Source of the DNA: Octopus vulgaris
Lineage: Eukaryota
Reading direction: 5' to 3'
Assembly: GCA_951406725.2 (NCBI GenBank)
Contig: OX597820.1
Coordinates: 29,574,001-29,638,000, forward strand
Length of the DNA: 64,000 nt
This document shows positions 26,368 to 38,900 of the stretch, one piece after another. A program made the translations under genes and the position numbers. The stretch's first letter is position 1; each line of letters starts with the position of its first letter. Below the pieces are notes generated by a model that saw only the letters and a program-made list of their open reading frames with translations, had not been told where the DNA came from and searched no databases.

Positions 26368-27739
26368 TTTTGAAGTTTTTCTGAAATGTATTGCAGAAAA
26401 GAACAATTATGTTTAAGGATACTTTTGATTTCACTATCATATAATAGATTTGAAGGTGAATACCAACGTATACAACAGCACTTCTTTTTTTTTTCACCCT
26501 TCTCAAGCCTATCCAGGCTCATGGGCCTGGTTTCCCAGATTCTGTGTGTTCCTCCCAGCTGGACGGGATGCCAGTCCATCACAGCGTTACTCAAGAAACA
26601 GGAAGAGAGAGTGAGAGAAAGTTGGGGCGAAAGAGTACAACAGGGGTCACCACCACCCCCTGCTAGAGCCTTGTGGAGCTTTTAGGTGTTTTTGCTCAAT
26701 AAACACACACAACGCCTGGTCTGGGAATCGAAACCGCGATCCTCCAACTGCAAGTCTGCTACCCTAACCACTGGGCCAATGCACCTCCACTACAATAGTA
26801 CTAATAGTTAGTTAGCCCACATTACTCCATAAGGTGCATAGGGCTGCAACCATTTCATGCCAGTAAATGCTATCTCGGGTTAGCTCTTTGATTTCAGACC
26901 AAGAGAGATCAATTGCCATCACTTCATCCTACATACATCCTTTCCAGGTCTTCTTAGCTTATCTAATTTTCCTCTTTCTTAGTAAACATGGAGATATTTT
27001 TGGTAATAAATTCAGTATCTGTTAAATTTATATATCTTATAAGAGCCTCTATCTGGTTAGAAAGCAGCTGCATTTTTGTACAATTATACTCCACCTTCTT
27101 ACAAAAACCCATACACACTGGATAATGTAGTCCTATATACCCCTAAAACTTAATCTGTCACTCACTTGAACACCATCATCTGGTTCTTTGGGTGTATTTG
27201 ACAGAGTCCACACTATTGCAAGGTTTCTGGTTATAGCATAACTTCCTCCTTTCCTCTCACCAGTCAAGACAAGAATAAATAAATATGTGTGCATGTGAAG
27301 GTGCATAGCTCAGTGGTTATGTGTTGGGCTCACAATCATGTGATAGCAAGTTCGATTCCCAGACTGGGATGTGTTGTGTTCTTGAGCAAGACACTTTATT
27401 TCACACTGCTCCAGTTCACCCAGCTGTAGAAATGAGTTGCAATGTCGCTGGTGCCAAGCTGTATCAGCCTTTGCCCTCCCGTTGGGCAACATTGGTGGCA
27501 TAGAGAGGGGAGATTGGTATGCATGGGCGACTGTTGGTCTTCCATAAACTTTGGCTGGACCTGTACCTCAGAGGGTAACATTCTAGGTGCAATCCCATGG
27601 TCATTCATGACTGAAGGGGTGGGGATTACCTTTTTATATATATATTCTTTTACTTGCTTCCGTCATTTGACTGCTGCCATGCTGGAGCACTGCCTTTAAT
27701 CGAACAAATCAACCCCAGGACTTATTCTTTGGATTTAGT

Positions 27740-28110
27740 CATCTTTGGCCACATACAGCAAGGATGACATTCCAAAGGCAGGAGCAGTTTGAATGGGAAA
27801 TGATACCCCAGCCACCATACTCGCCAGACATTGCCCCATCTGATTATCATCTATTCCACAGTCTTCAAAATCATTTGGATGAAAAAAATATGAATTCTGT
27901 AGACGAGGTCAGAACAGTACTAGGAGTATTTTTTGTTATGGACAAGTGAATTTTGGAAGAGGGGCCTTGCAAGTTTACCAGATAGCTGGAAGAGCATTGT
28001 AGAAAATGAAGGAGAGTACATTTTAGATTAAAAAAGAACTTTGTTTATCTTAATTTTAGGACATAAATGAAGTATAAAAAAACTCGCATTATTTATAGGA
28101 CGACTCAATA
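27740..28110 (+). mobile_element. Mariner transposase C-terminal relic
   Basis: PQPPYSPDIAPSDYHLFHSLQNHL contains the mariner YSPDLAPxD motif. A probable 3' TIR lies near 28085-28110. Confidence 0.88.
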
Positions 28111-29936
28111 TTTTAAACCAGTTCCCTCTGCAGCAGTATCATCAGTGTGATGGGAATTGTAGAGTACTCTAAGAAATTAGATGAAATATGTTTCAATGGA
28201 TTTAGTCGTTTGTCCATCTTATATATTTTAAATTTAATTAATGGTCATCGTTTTTACGTTGTTTTTTTTCCCGCGATGGTATGGGTAGGATGTAACATTT
28301 TGAGACACTATCTTACGGCTTGATTTTCTTACTGACCTAATTTTCAAGCAAGGTACTACGAGACGTTTTGTTTATGTTGGACATAAACATCACTAATACA
28401 AGCCATGTCAAAGCGAAGACATACACACGACAGCCTTCAGTACAAATTTCACTCACAAATCATTGCTCAATCCGAGGTTATAATAGAAAATATTCGCTGA
28501 AGGAGTCACGAAGTGGGATCGAACTTGAAACCTCGTGACAGTGAAGCGAGCTTCATACTCAATTAGCATCATGAATGACTAGAAATAATCCGTTATTACA
28601 TTTACAACTTTTGCATCTTCCATTATAATTTCGTTTATAATTTCCATTATAACTTCGTTTTTTGTCAAATGCTAAATCGATTATTGTACTTACAATATAG
28701 GTCCTTCATGGGTAAAAGGCAAACGAGAAGCCACCTGGTCGCGAAAAATCAACAAACATTTCTAAAGCGTCTGTGTTAACCCCCACCTCTCATTACAATA
28801 GACGTTCGAAATTAAAGTTTGATTGTTTCTAAAAAGCACAATGGTTTGCAGGGCCACTGCCCAACAAACATAGGTACCTACTCCCCAGGTGAGTAACGTG
28901 GCCACAACTAACTTCCCGGAACTAATACATGCGTTTCAACTCAGCTACATGCGACTTTCTTAAGTGTAAAGTAACCAGCACAAGTTTTTAGGCAGAGACC
29001 CTCGCAATACATTTCACAACTCCCAAATGATATAAACACTAGTTGTAAATAGGTACAGTAAATAGTGGTGGCCCTATCTGACGAGTGCTTTTTAAAATTT
29101 GCCTTACTTTAAACCACGTCAACCCTCTGGAAGAGAAATAACTAACTGCATTATTGATTTGCCCTTAAGAGGTTTCAAGTGACCCCTTCAACTTAATGAG
29201 TTATGGAATTGTCCTACTACGAAATGAAATGAATGTAATATGATATAAACTCATGGCTATTGTTAAAGTAGTTATCCGATTTATAGTTAGATAAAAACAC
29301 ATTTATATAAATGAACAAACATATTGGGTTTATTTTTGTAACTTTTTCATTATCATAGCCAACATTTCCGACAGTCGCAAAAGTGTTGGCAATGTTTACC
29401 TGACAATCAAATACCATGCCTTATTTATTCGTCTTTCGCACCAATTCTCATTAGAATTATGGATGCATCATATGAAAAGTATTTTAGTATAAAATGTTGT
29501 TTTTGTGGTAAAATATTTCGTGGCGATCCAAAAGGTCAAGGCTAGGGTAAGAAAGGCCAGCCCATATTTCGTTTGAGAATAGCGATCACCTCTGCGGATA
29601 AAAATGAACTAAGTTTATTTGATAAATCCATCAACAATAAAGGATAAATTGGAGGCAGCAAAATACTAAATAATAGTATCTAGATGAATGAACGAGTTAT
29701 ATAAGTGGAAGAGGACGATCCATTCTGCATAAATATATGTATATATACACACACACCATAGGTCAAAGTTATTGCATAATTACAGAAGTAAACAAGAAAG
29801 CATTTTAAAAAGTAGCATGGATTTACAAATACATACATGCATCAAACTTTTATAATCTGGAACAGTTCAGATTAATAAATAACCACACTATTTCTCTTAA
29901 TATAGGTTACATCATCAAATATATTTGTATACATAC

Positions 29937-30090
29937 CACGTTGAAAATAGTTTAATACACGAAAATCAACTTCTCTCTTTTTCTTGGCCTTGACTAATTT
30001 TTGATGATGCTCGAACTTGTTACTAATTTCAGTGTATATATATATGTAGATGAAAAACAGGAAGTAGAGATAAATAAACCACAATTATAT
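29937..30090 (-). other. ARMC1: Probable non-coding first exon of ARMC1 (5' boundary uncertain)
   Basis: Donor CGTG|gtatgt at 29936 just downstream of the CCAAT region. Splicing to 26380 places an in-frame TGA before the ATG. Confidence 0.5.
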
Positions 30091-30099
30091 TAATTAAAA

Positions 30100-30300
30100 C
30101 TTGAAATCATTGTTATTAATTATTAAAAGCAAACATGACACTAAGTCGAAATGTTGTCGTGTTGAGTTATAAATAATTTTACACATTTTGATTGGTTGAT
30201 TCTGTCAACGGTTAACGCTTCCGCTTATTTGATTGGTCAATTTCTCAATACGCACTGACATGCGCGCTAAATTCAACTTCACCAAATGAAACTTACCTTT
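30100..30300. promoter_or_regulatory. Putative bidirectional promoter shared by ARMC1 and MTFR
   Basis: ATTGG (inverted CCAAT) at 30191-30195 and 30232-30236, and TGCGCGC at 30261-30267. CpGs are retained locally. Divergent splice donors flank it at 29936 (-) and 30429 (+). Confidence 0.6.
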
Positions 30301-30428
30301 TATTTACCAAAACATTTTAAAATGGATAATGTCACATTATAATTGTTTTAACATGGTATGTCTAATTCTTCCACTGTTTTAAGCACATGACGAAATAACA
30401 ACACCATCAGATTATTTTTATATCATAG
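30300..30428 (+). other. Probable non-coding first exon of MTFR (5' boundary uncertain)
   Basis: Consensus donor TAG|gtaagt at 30429; an alternative |gtatgt at 30356. Confidence 0.5.
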
Positions 30429-31256
30429 GTAAGTAACTAAGTGCTGGTATGTAATCGCTATTTTCGTGCACGTGTTTAAACTCTTATTTAATCCTTTAAT
30501 ATGCAGTACGTTTTGGGTTCAATCCCCGCCGAAATTAACTTTGCATTTCAATGTTCTGGGGGTCGATAAAATAAAGTACCGGTCAAGAGCTGGGTCGATA
30601 GCATCGACTAACACTCTCCTCTGAATATTGCTAACCCTGTGCATATCTTTTAAATGACTTTATGACACTTCGTTGGTCTAATTGTTTCCGTTTTCAGAAC
30701 ACGGTCAAAATACCTTACCCTTTAGCCTTAATGTTTTTGGGGGTTTCTTTAAGCGAACCTAGATCCTTTACGGTATTTAGTAATATTCAGTATCTAAATG
30801 TTGATAGCTTGAGGCATCAACAATTGACATGATGGCAAGTTCAAGATGAATTTAATGTCCGTGAGGTACGAAAAAAATGTTTATATATTTAGTTCGAATC
30901 GACATACTTAGTTTCTCAGTTTAAAATTTCTCCTCAACATAAGATAATGTAATCGTAGCTACAAAATGCCTGAAAATAACATGGGATGGTCTTGTCTGGA
31001 AAGTCTTTGATCCTAGGTTAGTTTGATTAGGGTCTACGCAGACTTTTCTTTTGAACTTAATGAAAGTAGTTTTGACATTTACAAAGTAACTGATATTAGA
31101 AACATTTGATAAGATCTATATATATATATAAATATATAAATTAGAGATAAAACCACTATTATGCAACTCAAACATTGATAGACATAAACCAATACATATA
31201 TAACAAATAATATATATTTTTATAAAACATATAACTTATAACTAGATCTTAAAAAG

Positions 31257-31291
<35 letters not shown>

Positions 31292-33238
31292 TTTTAGAAA
31301 ACTGAATTTAGAAAGTGTTCAAACAAATTTATTTGGATTAAACATAATAAAGACTTTTCTTTTTCTTAATTCTGTTGAAACTGAAATTAATCATTTATAT
31401 GTGTTTAGTTATTTTGTATATGTTTTTGTTATATTTTGGATGTATTGAATTATAGATTAACTAAACGTACAAATTATAAATAAGAAAATACTCAAAAACT
31501 ATAACTCAATGCACAAAATATGTAACTCGAAACACCATATAACTCAACCAAACAACCATTAGATATAACTTTTTTAAACACAGACAAAATATAACTAAAT
31601 TACGTTACTGTGGTAAACTCTAGTTTCCCCAAAATTTGATAAAACAATATGAAGAATTTTACTATGCTTCGAAAAGAAGTTGCAGAACGACTAGTCTTCA
31701 TGGAAAATTAATTAAAACGATCAGACCCTGTGAACGGAAATTCTCACAGGAAAAAATGTCAAATTTTGAAGTCGTTTATTAACTGACAATAAAATGACTT
31801 GTACACATAATAAGGTTTTTATGATGACCGCGTCTTAGGTTCGACCCTTAATTGAACCGAACGTAAAGCGCTGTCACGGAATTTATTCTACCTAGAAGTA
31901 GTATGTTCTACGTTAATGTTGGAAATATAGATATTAGGAATAAGGACACTCCTATTGTCCGGCAGGTTGAGGTTGAAAATATGTGAGCAGACATTCTCTT
32001 CATTGGAGAATGCCGTATCCCTGCGTACTCCTACCCATTTCCTTTTCTGTTTTTAAATAAAATTCATGATGTTATTCGATGGAGTTTAAACAGTCGTTGA
32101 TTTCGTTATTATTTTCATAACCGAGCTGGCAGAATTATTAGTATGTCGAATAGAATACTTTGTGATATTTCATTCGGCTTTTTTTAATGTTCTGAGTTCA
32201 AATAACATCGAGGTCGACTTTGCTTTTCATCCTTCCAGGGTCCATAATATCAGTTCCAATTGAGCTTTGGGATCGATGTAATCAACTAACCGACAATGTC
32301 AGGCAATACCTATAAGGCGAAGTTTCGAAATAGCTATCCAGTAATGGGGCCGGAATTAGGACTGAGTGATAAAAATGTGGAAAAAATATTGAAATTTGGG
32401 GGATAAACTTCTTTCGCAGTCATAATCTGTGCCATTTATTGATAAATTAGTCAATTAGAACTTAGTTAAATATAAGTTGCATTTCTCAAAGGTTTTTTTT
32501 TTAATGAAGCTGCGTATTCAGGTGTTTAGCCTCTCAATTGCTACGAAAAGCACAAATTAAAATTGATTTCAGTATTATATCTCATGGCGGTATTAGTATT
32601 GATTGTGCTCTACATCAATTGAAGGAATGACCTGGTACGCAAATATTAGTGTGTATTGTTTGTTTTTGAACCGTATAAATATATTTTCTTTATATTTGTA
32701 ATAAAAATTTGTGATTTCATTCACTACTTGACCTTTCTTTGCCAAACTTTCTGTCTTCTCTCCATGCTCTGACCACTATTAGAGTGGGCATTAAAGGCTG
32801 AAGAATGGTAATTTTTGTGGAGAAGTGACCTATCTATTTGCCATTGCCAGTGGATATAAGAGTTAAGTATATGCTCACATCCAAATCTCTAGGATCAAGG
32901 CCTGGATTAATACTTTTCTTTTATCGTCCATTGGCAAATAATTGTAGATGTGGCTTGCAATTTGTTTAGGCACCTAGACTCTCCCAAGATGCAACCGAAA
33001 TATATCTTTCATTTAAGACAATAAGTTCTAATTTGAGTAAGATTCAACTGCTGTTTCTAACAGATTGAGCGACATGTACGAGATCACTTGTTGATTTTGT
33101 ACATGTTCAACTGACATACATCAGTGGGATGCAGATCCCTTCATGTCACCTACCTATACCCATTTCCAAGCAAGGTAATATTTCCCTGTGGTCAGATATT
33201 TCCAATGGAGATTGGCAACAAATGACATCATTTGTATA

Positions 33239-33485
33239 CAGTGGGCTAAAATGGGGCATTCACAATCAGCTTAATATTTTGGAAAATAAAAGCTATTAAA
33301 ATAATTCAAGTGTATGTTTTCCTAAGCAAAATTTATCAAAGAATCTGTTTTTAAATTCTAAACAGATGAGTTTTCAAGTGATTTTGACTTATGATGACTG
33401 TTACATCAGGTGTCGATATAAGATTTAAGATTATAGCACTAATTACAGCAATAATTATTTTAAGTCAATATCAGTAACCACACTG
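33239..33485. mobile_element. Possible Tc1-like MITE
   Basis: TA-CAGTG...CACTG-TA termini. Confidence 0.45.
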
Positions 33486-33509
33486 TATTTGTATGTTGAA
33501 CTTAGTACA

Positions 33510-34015
33510 AAATAATAATAATGAAATTATTGTATACAGTGCTCAGGTGCTCCACAACTTGTCAAAAGTGCGTATAAAGCATATGCAGTAATGTACAAAT
33601 GTCTGGGAAGTGAACAGTGTATGAGTCAGATACATGTTTGCATATGTATGGAGGGGAGAAAATCAGGTGTAGTGTTGGCAAATCTCAGGAAGCATGGAAG
33701 TTTTGAAGGATGCAGTGCTCCGACAACTAACAACTGATGCCGGCAGTCTGTTCCATGCTTCAGCAACTCTTAGCATGAAAAAATGTTTCCTGAAGTCATG
33801 GGAGCTGTGCTGTTTTCTGACTTTGTAAAAATGTCCACGGGTGTTAGACAGGTGGAGTTTGAAAAGGTGCTCAGAGTTATTGTTTGTAAGATGGTTAATA
33901 ATTTTACGGGTGTCTGCCAAGTCAGCTGCCAGACGTCGGAGTTTCAATGTGTCCATGCCCAGGGAAGTAAGTCCTTCAGAATATGGCAGATGCCTGATGG
34001 AGGGTATTCTCTCAT
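33510..34015 (-). mobile_element. 5'-truncated CR1/L2-group LINE 3' end
   Basis: ORF 33663-34055 is highly similar to 4385-4711, with the same 3' UTR and (ATT)n tail. Confidence 0.88.
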
Positions 34016-34590
34016 ATACATTATGAGCTTTACACAGTTTCATGTTTACTAACAACTGAACGGAATTAAGATTGTCATAACTGTTTCCATATAATATGTA
34101 GAAGGAAACCAGTCTGTTTCAGTTGGGGCTGGAAGACTATCATAAAATCATACAATCTGCTTGAACCAATCTATCACACAAAATCAATCAAAATGCAAGC
34201 CTTGTTGACCTGATCTGCAATGATCCTGAAGCTAATGCAGAAAGGAGAAAAGGATGGCCTTATTGCAAAACATGTTGTATACAGAACATTTGACCCTTTA
34301 CTACTACCATAAAGATATGACAGAAACTGCAATTAATGACAATGAAAGCTTGTTTCATTATTCAACATCTGAATGGTTATAGTAATATTATTGCTGAACT
34401 CAGTGTTTTCGTTCTGTGGATGTTTTGGTTGGGTATGGATGGTATTTTTCTAAAAAGTAGGCTTTCTAGGTACATATTTAGGAATGTTCAAATATTTTTG
34501 CTGCAGAGCTTGTATTTAAGTTAGAATATTTCTTTTCTGTAAAACTGCTTTTTTGAATTAAAAGTGATTGTTTCATACACACCTTATACC

Positions 34591-34822
34591 TATTTCTTTA
34601 TTACCCACTAGGGGCTAAACACAGAGCGGACAAACAAGGACAGACATAGGTATTAAGTCGATTACATCGACCCCAGTGCATAACTGGTACTTAATTTATC
34701 GACCCCGAAAGGATGAAAGGCAAAGTCGACCTCGGCGGAATTTGAGCTCACAACGTAACGCAGACGAAATACTGCTAAGCATTTCGCCCGGTGTGCTAAC
34801 GTTTCTGCCAGCTCGCCGCCTT
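34591..34822 (-). mobile_element. SINE family A (Nin/Deu-like core), full length
   Basis: ggcggcgagctggcagaaacgttagc...gcctttcatcctttcggggtcgataaattaagtacc. Near-identical copies at 39627-39850, 48458-48690 and 51288-51505, plus more than 10 decayed copies (e.g. 1285, 6955, 8488, 9100, 9322, 18490, 19490). Confidence 0.85.
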
Positions 34823-35916
34823 TATTATACCTACCTACCTACCTACCTGCTTGGGCAGGGGATATATGTGCAACATCCATTCCATCAGGTTTCTGGAAGT
34901 TTGTTTGTGAATTTTTGAAATTTAAATTTGCGTGTCATACAACTCAAAACACAGTATTATGCATGTAAAGTATCCGCATGTCATTGGTCTACTGCTAGTC
35001 TCATGACTTGAACGTAACCTAAAATAGCTAAGATAATGCACGGGACGGCGAGCATGTGCACCTCAAGAGATAAAGTACACGATAGCGTACGTAAACATAT
35101 GTCAGCCACTAAAAAGTCTGTGATAGATGTAGGGCAGCTCTACATCATATGTTTATGTTAACTGTGGGTAGACAAGCAAAAGTGTGATCGCATATTTGCG
35201 TCAACCATTGTCAAGGGATTAAAACCTATATTTTTCTGAAAGCTTTCATTGTAAGTTTCAGAATAATACCTGGTTTAGTACTAGAATTTGCTTGGTTTTC
35301 AAGTTATTTTTACATTTGCATCAAATATTGTTCATAATAATGTACAATTTTCTTGATTTCTCAGTAGATTTTCCCACAACCCTCCCCCAAAAAATCTCTT
35401 AAACCTAAAAAAAAAAATAAATAAATAAAAAAAAACCCTGCAAACATTAAAATTGACTTGTTTTAGGCTATAAGTATGAAATTATTGGCAGTTATGAGGC
35501 TTAAAACAAATTTTTGTTAAGAACAGCAACCAAATATTTTTTTTCCTGAATTCTCAATTCATTTTAAAGTTATTATTTTCAAAGTTTCCTACTTTTAATT
35601 AAACTTGAATGATCATAAAATAATTGTTAGATAAAGATGTAAGCATAAGGTTTCTTTCCTTTTGCTGAACAGCATATTTATTCTTGTTTTTGGTAAGTTT
35701 AAACATTTACCCATTAGGAAGACTTGATCTTTTTTGCTTATGCCACCCAGTAGCATTGTACAATAATAACACTCAAGGCAGGGAGACACAATCCTACCAC
35801 CTCCAACACATACATATACATTCATGTATTGCACACACACCCACAAAGGACTCCTTTCTTCAATGATTCATTGCAATAATCTGGTTTTATTTATTATTTT
35901 TTTCTTTCCAGCAATA

Positions 35917-35982
35917 ATGTTCCTCGCTTTTGGTAGCTTCGTGTTCGGCTGGCTCTATGACGTTGCAAGCCAACAGAATACT
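35917..35982 (+). CDS. MTFR coding exon 1 (MFLAFGSFVFGWLYDVASQQNT)
   Basis: Strong pyrimidine tract ttccag| at 35911, ATG 35917, donor |gtgagt. Hydrophobic N-terminus. Confidence 0.72.
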
Positions 35983-38900
35983 GTGAGTTCTAATTTTAAT
36001 CTTTATTTGTTTTAAAGGGAATTGTATAATTGTGTATGTCAGCATGGAAGGGTTGATCTAAGAATAGTTCCAAATTTTCTGTGACCTAGGTGCATAATTT
36101 TTAGTAGCATCATAAAAATTTAGTAGTCCTCGGTTAGTTATCTCCCTTGACAATTGTGCAGTTCTTTTCTGAATTATAACCTATATATGTATCATCATCA
36201 TCATCATTTAACGCCCGCTTTCCATGCTAGCATGGGTTGGACGGTTCAACTGGGGTCTGGGAAGCCCGAAGGCTGCACCAGGCCAGTCAGATCTGGCAGT
36301 GTTTCTACAGCTGGATGCCCTTCCTAACGCCAACCACTCCGAGAGTGTAGTGGGTGATTTTATGTGCCACCGACACAGGTGCCAGACGAGGCTGACGAAC
36401 GGCCACGATCGGATGGTGTTTCTTACGTGCCCACAGCACGGAGGCCAGTCGATGCGGTACTGGCTACGGCCACGTTCGGATGGTTTTCTTGTGTGCCACC
36501 GGCACTGGTACCACAAAGATACAAATTCCATTGATGTTCATCTATTTTGAGTTGATTTGATTTGATTTGATTTTCACTTGCCTCAACAGGTCTTCACAAG
36601 TGTCACAAGAAGGAAGGAAGGTATGCACAGGTGAACTGACAACGTCCCAGGTAGGGGCCACGGGTTATGGCCTGACTAGTCTTGCCGGGTCTTCGGATGA
36701 TGTTTTTATGTGTCTCCGACACAGGTGCCAGATGGATGGTGTTTGTTACGTGCCCACAGCACGGAGGCCAGTCGATGCGGTACTGGCTACGGCCACGTTC
36801 GGATGGTTTTCTTGTGTGCCACCGGCACTGGTACCACAAAGATACAAATTCCATTATATTTATTATCTATCTCCCCTACATTTTATCTGCTTCTTTTTTA
36901 CTGTCTTTACATTCATAAATTGAAATGGCATATGTTTAATATATATAGATACTGCCCCGTCGTTGCTGGGCAATTTTTACAATAGAATGTCTTATATAAA
37001 TCTTTGTTTATTCTATGTCAGACTATGCCTTCCCTGACACATAGGCCTCTTGATCAGGAGAGATTTGTGCAATTTTTCGCAAAAAAACTTTGTTGAGGAT
37101 TTTTCCCTTTTTAAATTCTTTACATGTTTCAACCATTTCACATGAATTTATTCATTAAAACTTATTAAACTTCAGAACTTTTTACAACTTTGGTCGTCGC
37201 AATGGTTTGCTTTCATCATCATCGTTGTTTAACATCCAATTTCTATGCTGGCATGGGTTGGACGGTTTGAGACTGGCAAGCCAGAAGGCTGTATCAGGAT
37301 CCAATCTAATCTGGTAAGGTTTCTACAGCTGGATGCCCTTCTTAATGTCAACCACTCAGAGAGTCCCTTTTACATGCCACCGGAAAGCGATACTGGCATC
37401 GACCATACTTGAATGGTGTTTTTTATGTGTCACCGACACAGGTGCCAGTCAGGCAGCACTGGCAACAACCATGCTCGAATGGTGCTTTTTATGTGCCACC
37501 AGCATGGGACCTGTCAGGTGGCACTGGCAAGGGCCACTCTCGATTGATGCTTTTCATGTGCCACCATCATGGGTGCCAGTTAGGTGGTACTGGCATCAGC
37601 CACAACAATGACTTCACTTGACTCAACAGGTCTTCGCACGCACAGTTTATTGCCCAATGATTGAAGGGTACTCTTAAATGGGCCAGTTATGCTGCACTGG
37701 CATGGACCAAGGTTACATTCCCACTTGGCTTCTGGGTTTTCTCAAGCACAGCATATCTCCAAAGGTTTTGGTCACTCATCATTGCCTCCATGAGGCCCAA
37801 TGTTCAATGGTTACCTTTCACCACCTCATCCCATGTCTTCCTGGATCTACCTCTTCTACAGGTCCCTCTACTGCTAGGGTGTAACACTTTTTCACACAGC
37901 TGCCCTCATCCACACACAACACATGACCATACCAGTGCAGTCATCTCTCTTGCGCACCACATCTGATGCTTCTTATGTCCAACATTTCTTTCAGAGCACT
38001 TACATTCTGTCATGTATCTATGCACACTGATATTACATATCCAGTGGATCATACTAGCTTCATTTCTTGCAAGCTTGTGCATGTACTCAGCAGTCGTGGC
38101 CCATGTTTCACTGCCATGTAGCATAGCTGTTTGTACACATGCATCATACAGTCTACCTTTTACTCTGTGCAAGAGGCCCTTTGTCACCAGCAGAGGTAGG
38201 AGCTCTCTGAACTTTGTCCAAGCTATTCTTATTCTAGCAGCTACATTCCCAGAGCATCTGCCCCTGTTACTGACTAGGTCACCTAGGTAACAGAAGCTAT
38301 TAACTACTTCTAGATTTTTCCCCCGGCATGTGACAGAAGCTGTTTTCTGCACACTTTCAGTGTTTATTGCCCTGTGCATTTGTCACACACAAAAACTATC
38401 TTCCCATTAGCCTTTCTTTGATATTGCTGCACCACTTATGTGTCCATAGCTTACACCAGGTACATCTTACAGAGTTTCTACCTATGTTTTTTCTACAGAT
38501 CAAGCAAGGCCATCTACCTGAAGGGATTTGTGATTTGTCTGCCTTCCTACTTATTAAGACTTTGATTTTTGCTAGGTTGACTCTAAGGCCCTTCAATTCT
38601 AGATCTTGCTTCCAGACCTGAAACTTCTAGTTTTGATAGTGACTCAGCTATTAGAGCAAGGCCATCAGCATAGAGAAGCTCCCAGGGGCATCCTGTCTTG
38701 ACTTCTTCTGTTATTGCCTGGAGGACTGTGATGAATAAGAGGGGGCTGAGGACTGATCCTTGGTGGAGCCCTACCCCTACCCGGAATTCTTCACTATACT
38801 CGTTGCCAACCCTCACCTTACTGACAACATCCCTGTACATGGCTTGCACAGCTCTCACTAATCACTCATCTATCCCTAGTTTCTGCATTGACCACTAGAT

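Noticed and set aside
29872-30084. 70-aa ORF as an ARMC1 coding exon
   Set aside because: It has no ATG start and would be out of frame with the ATG at 26367 after splicing, so it is treated as 5' UTR.
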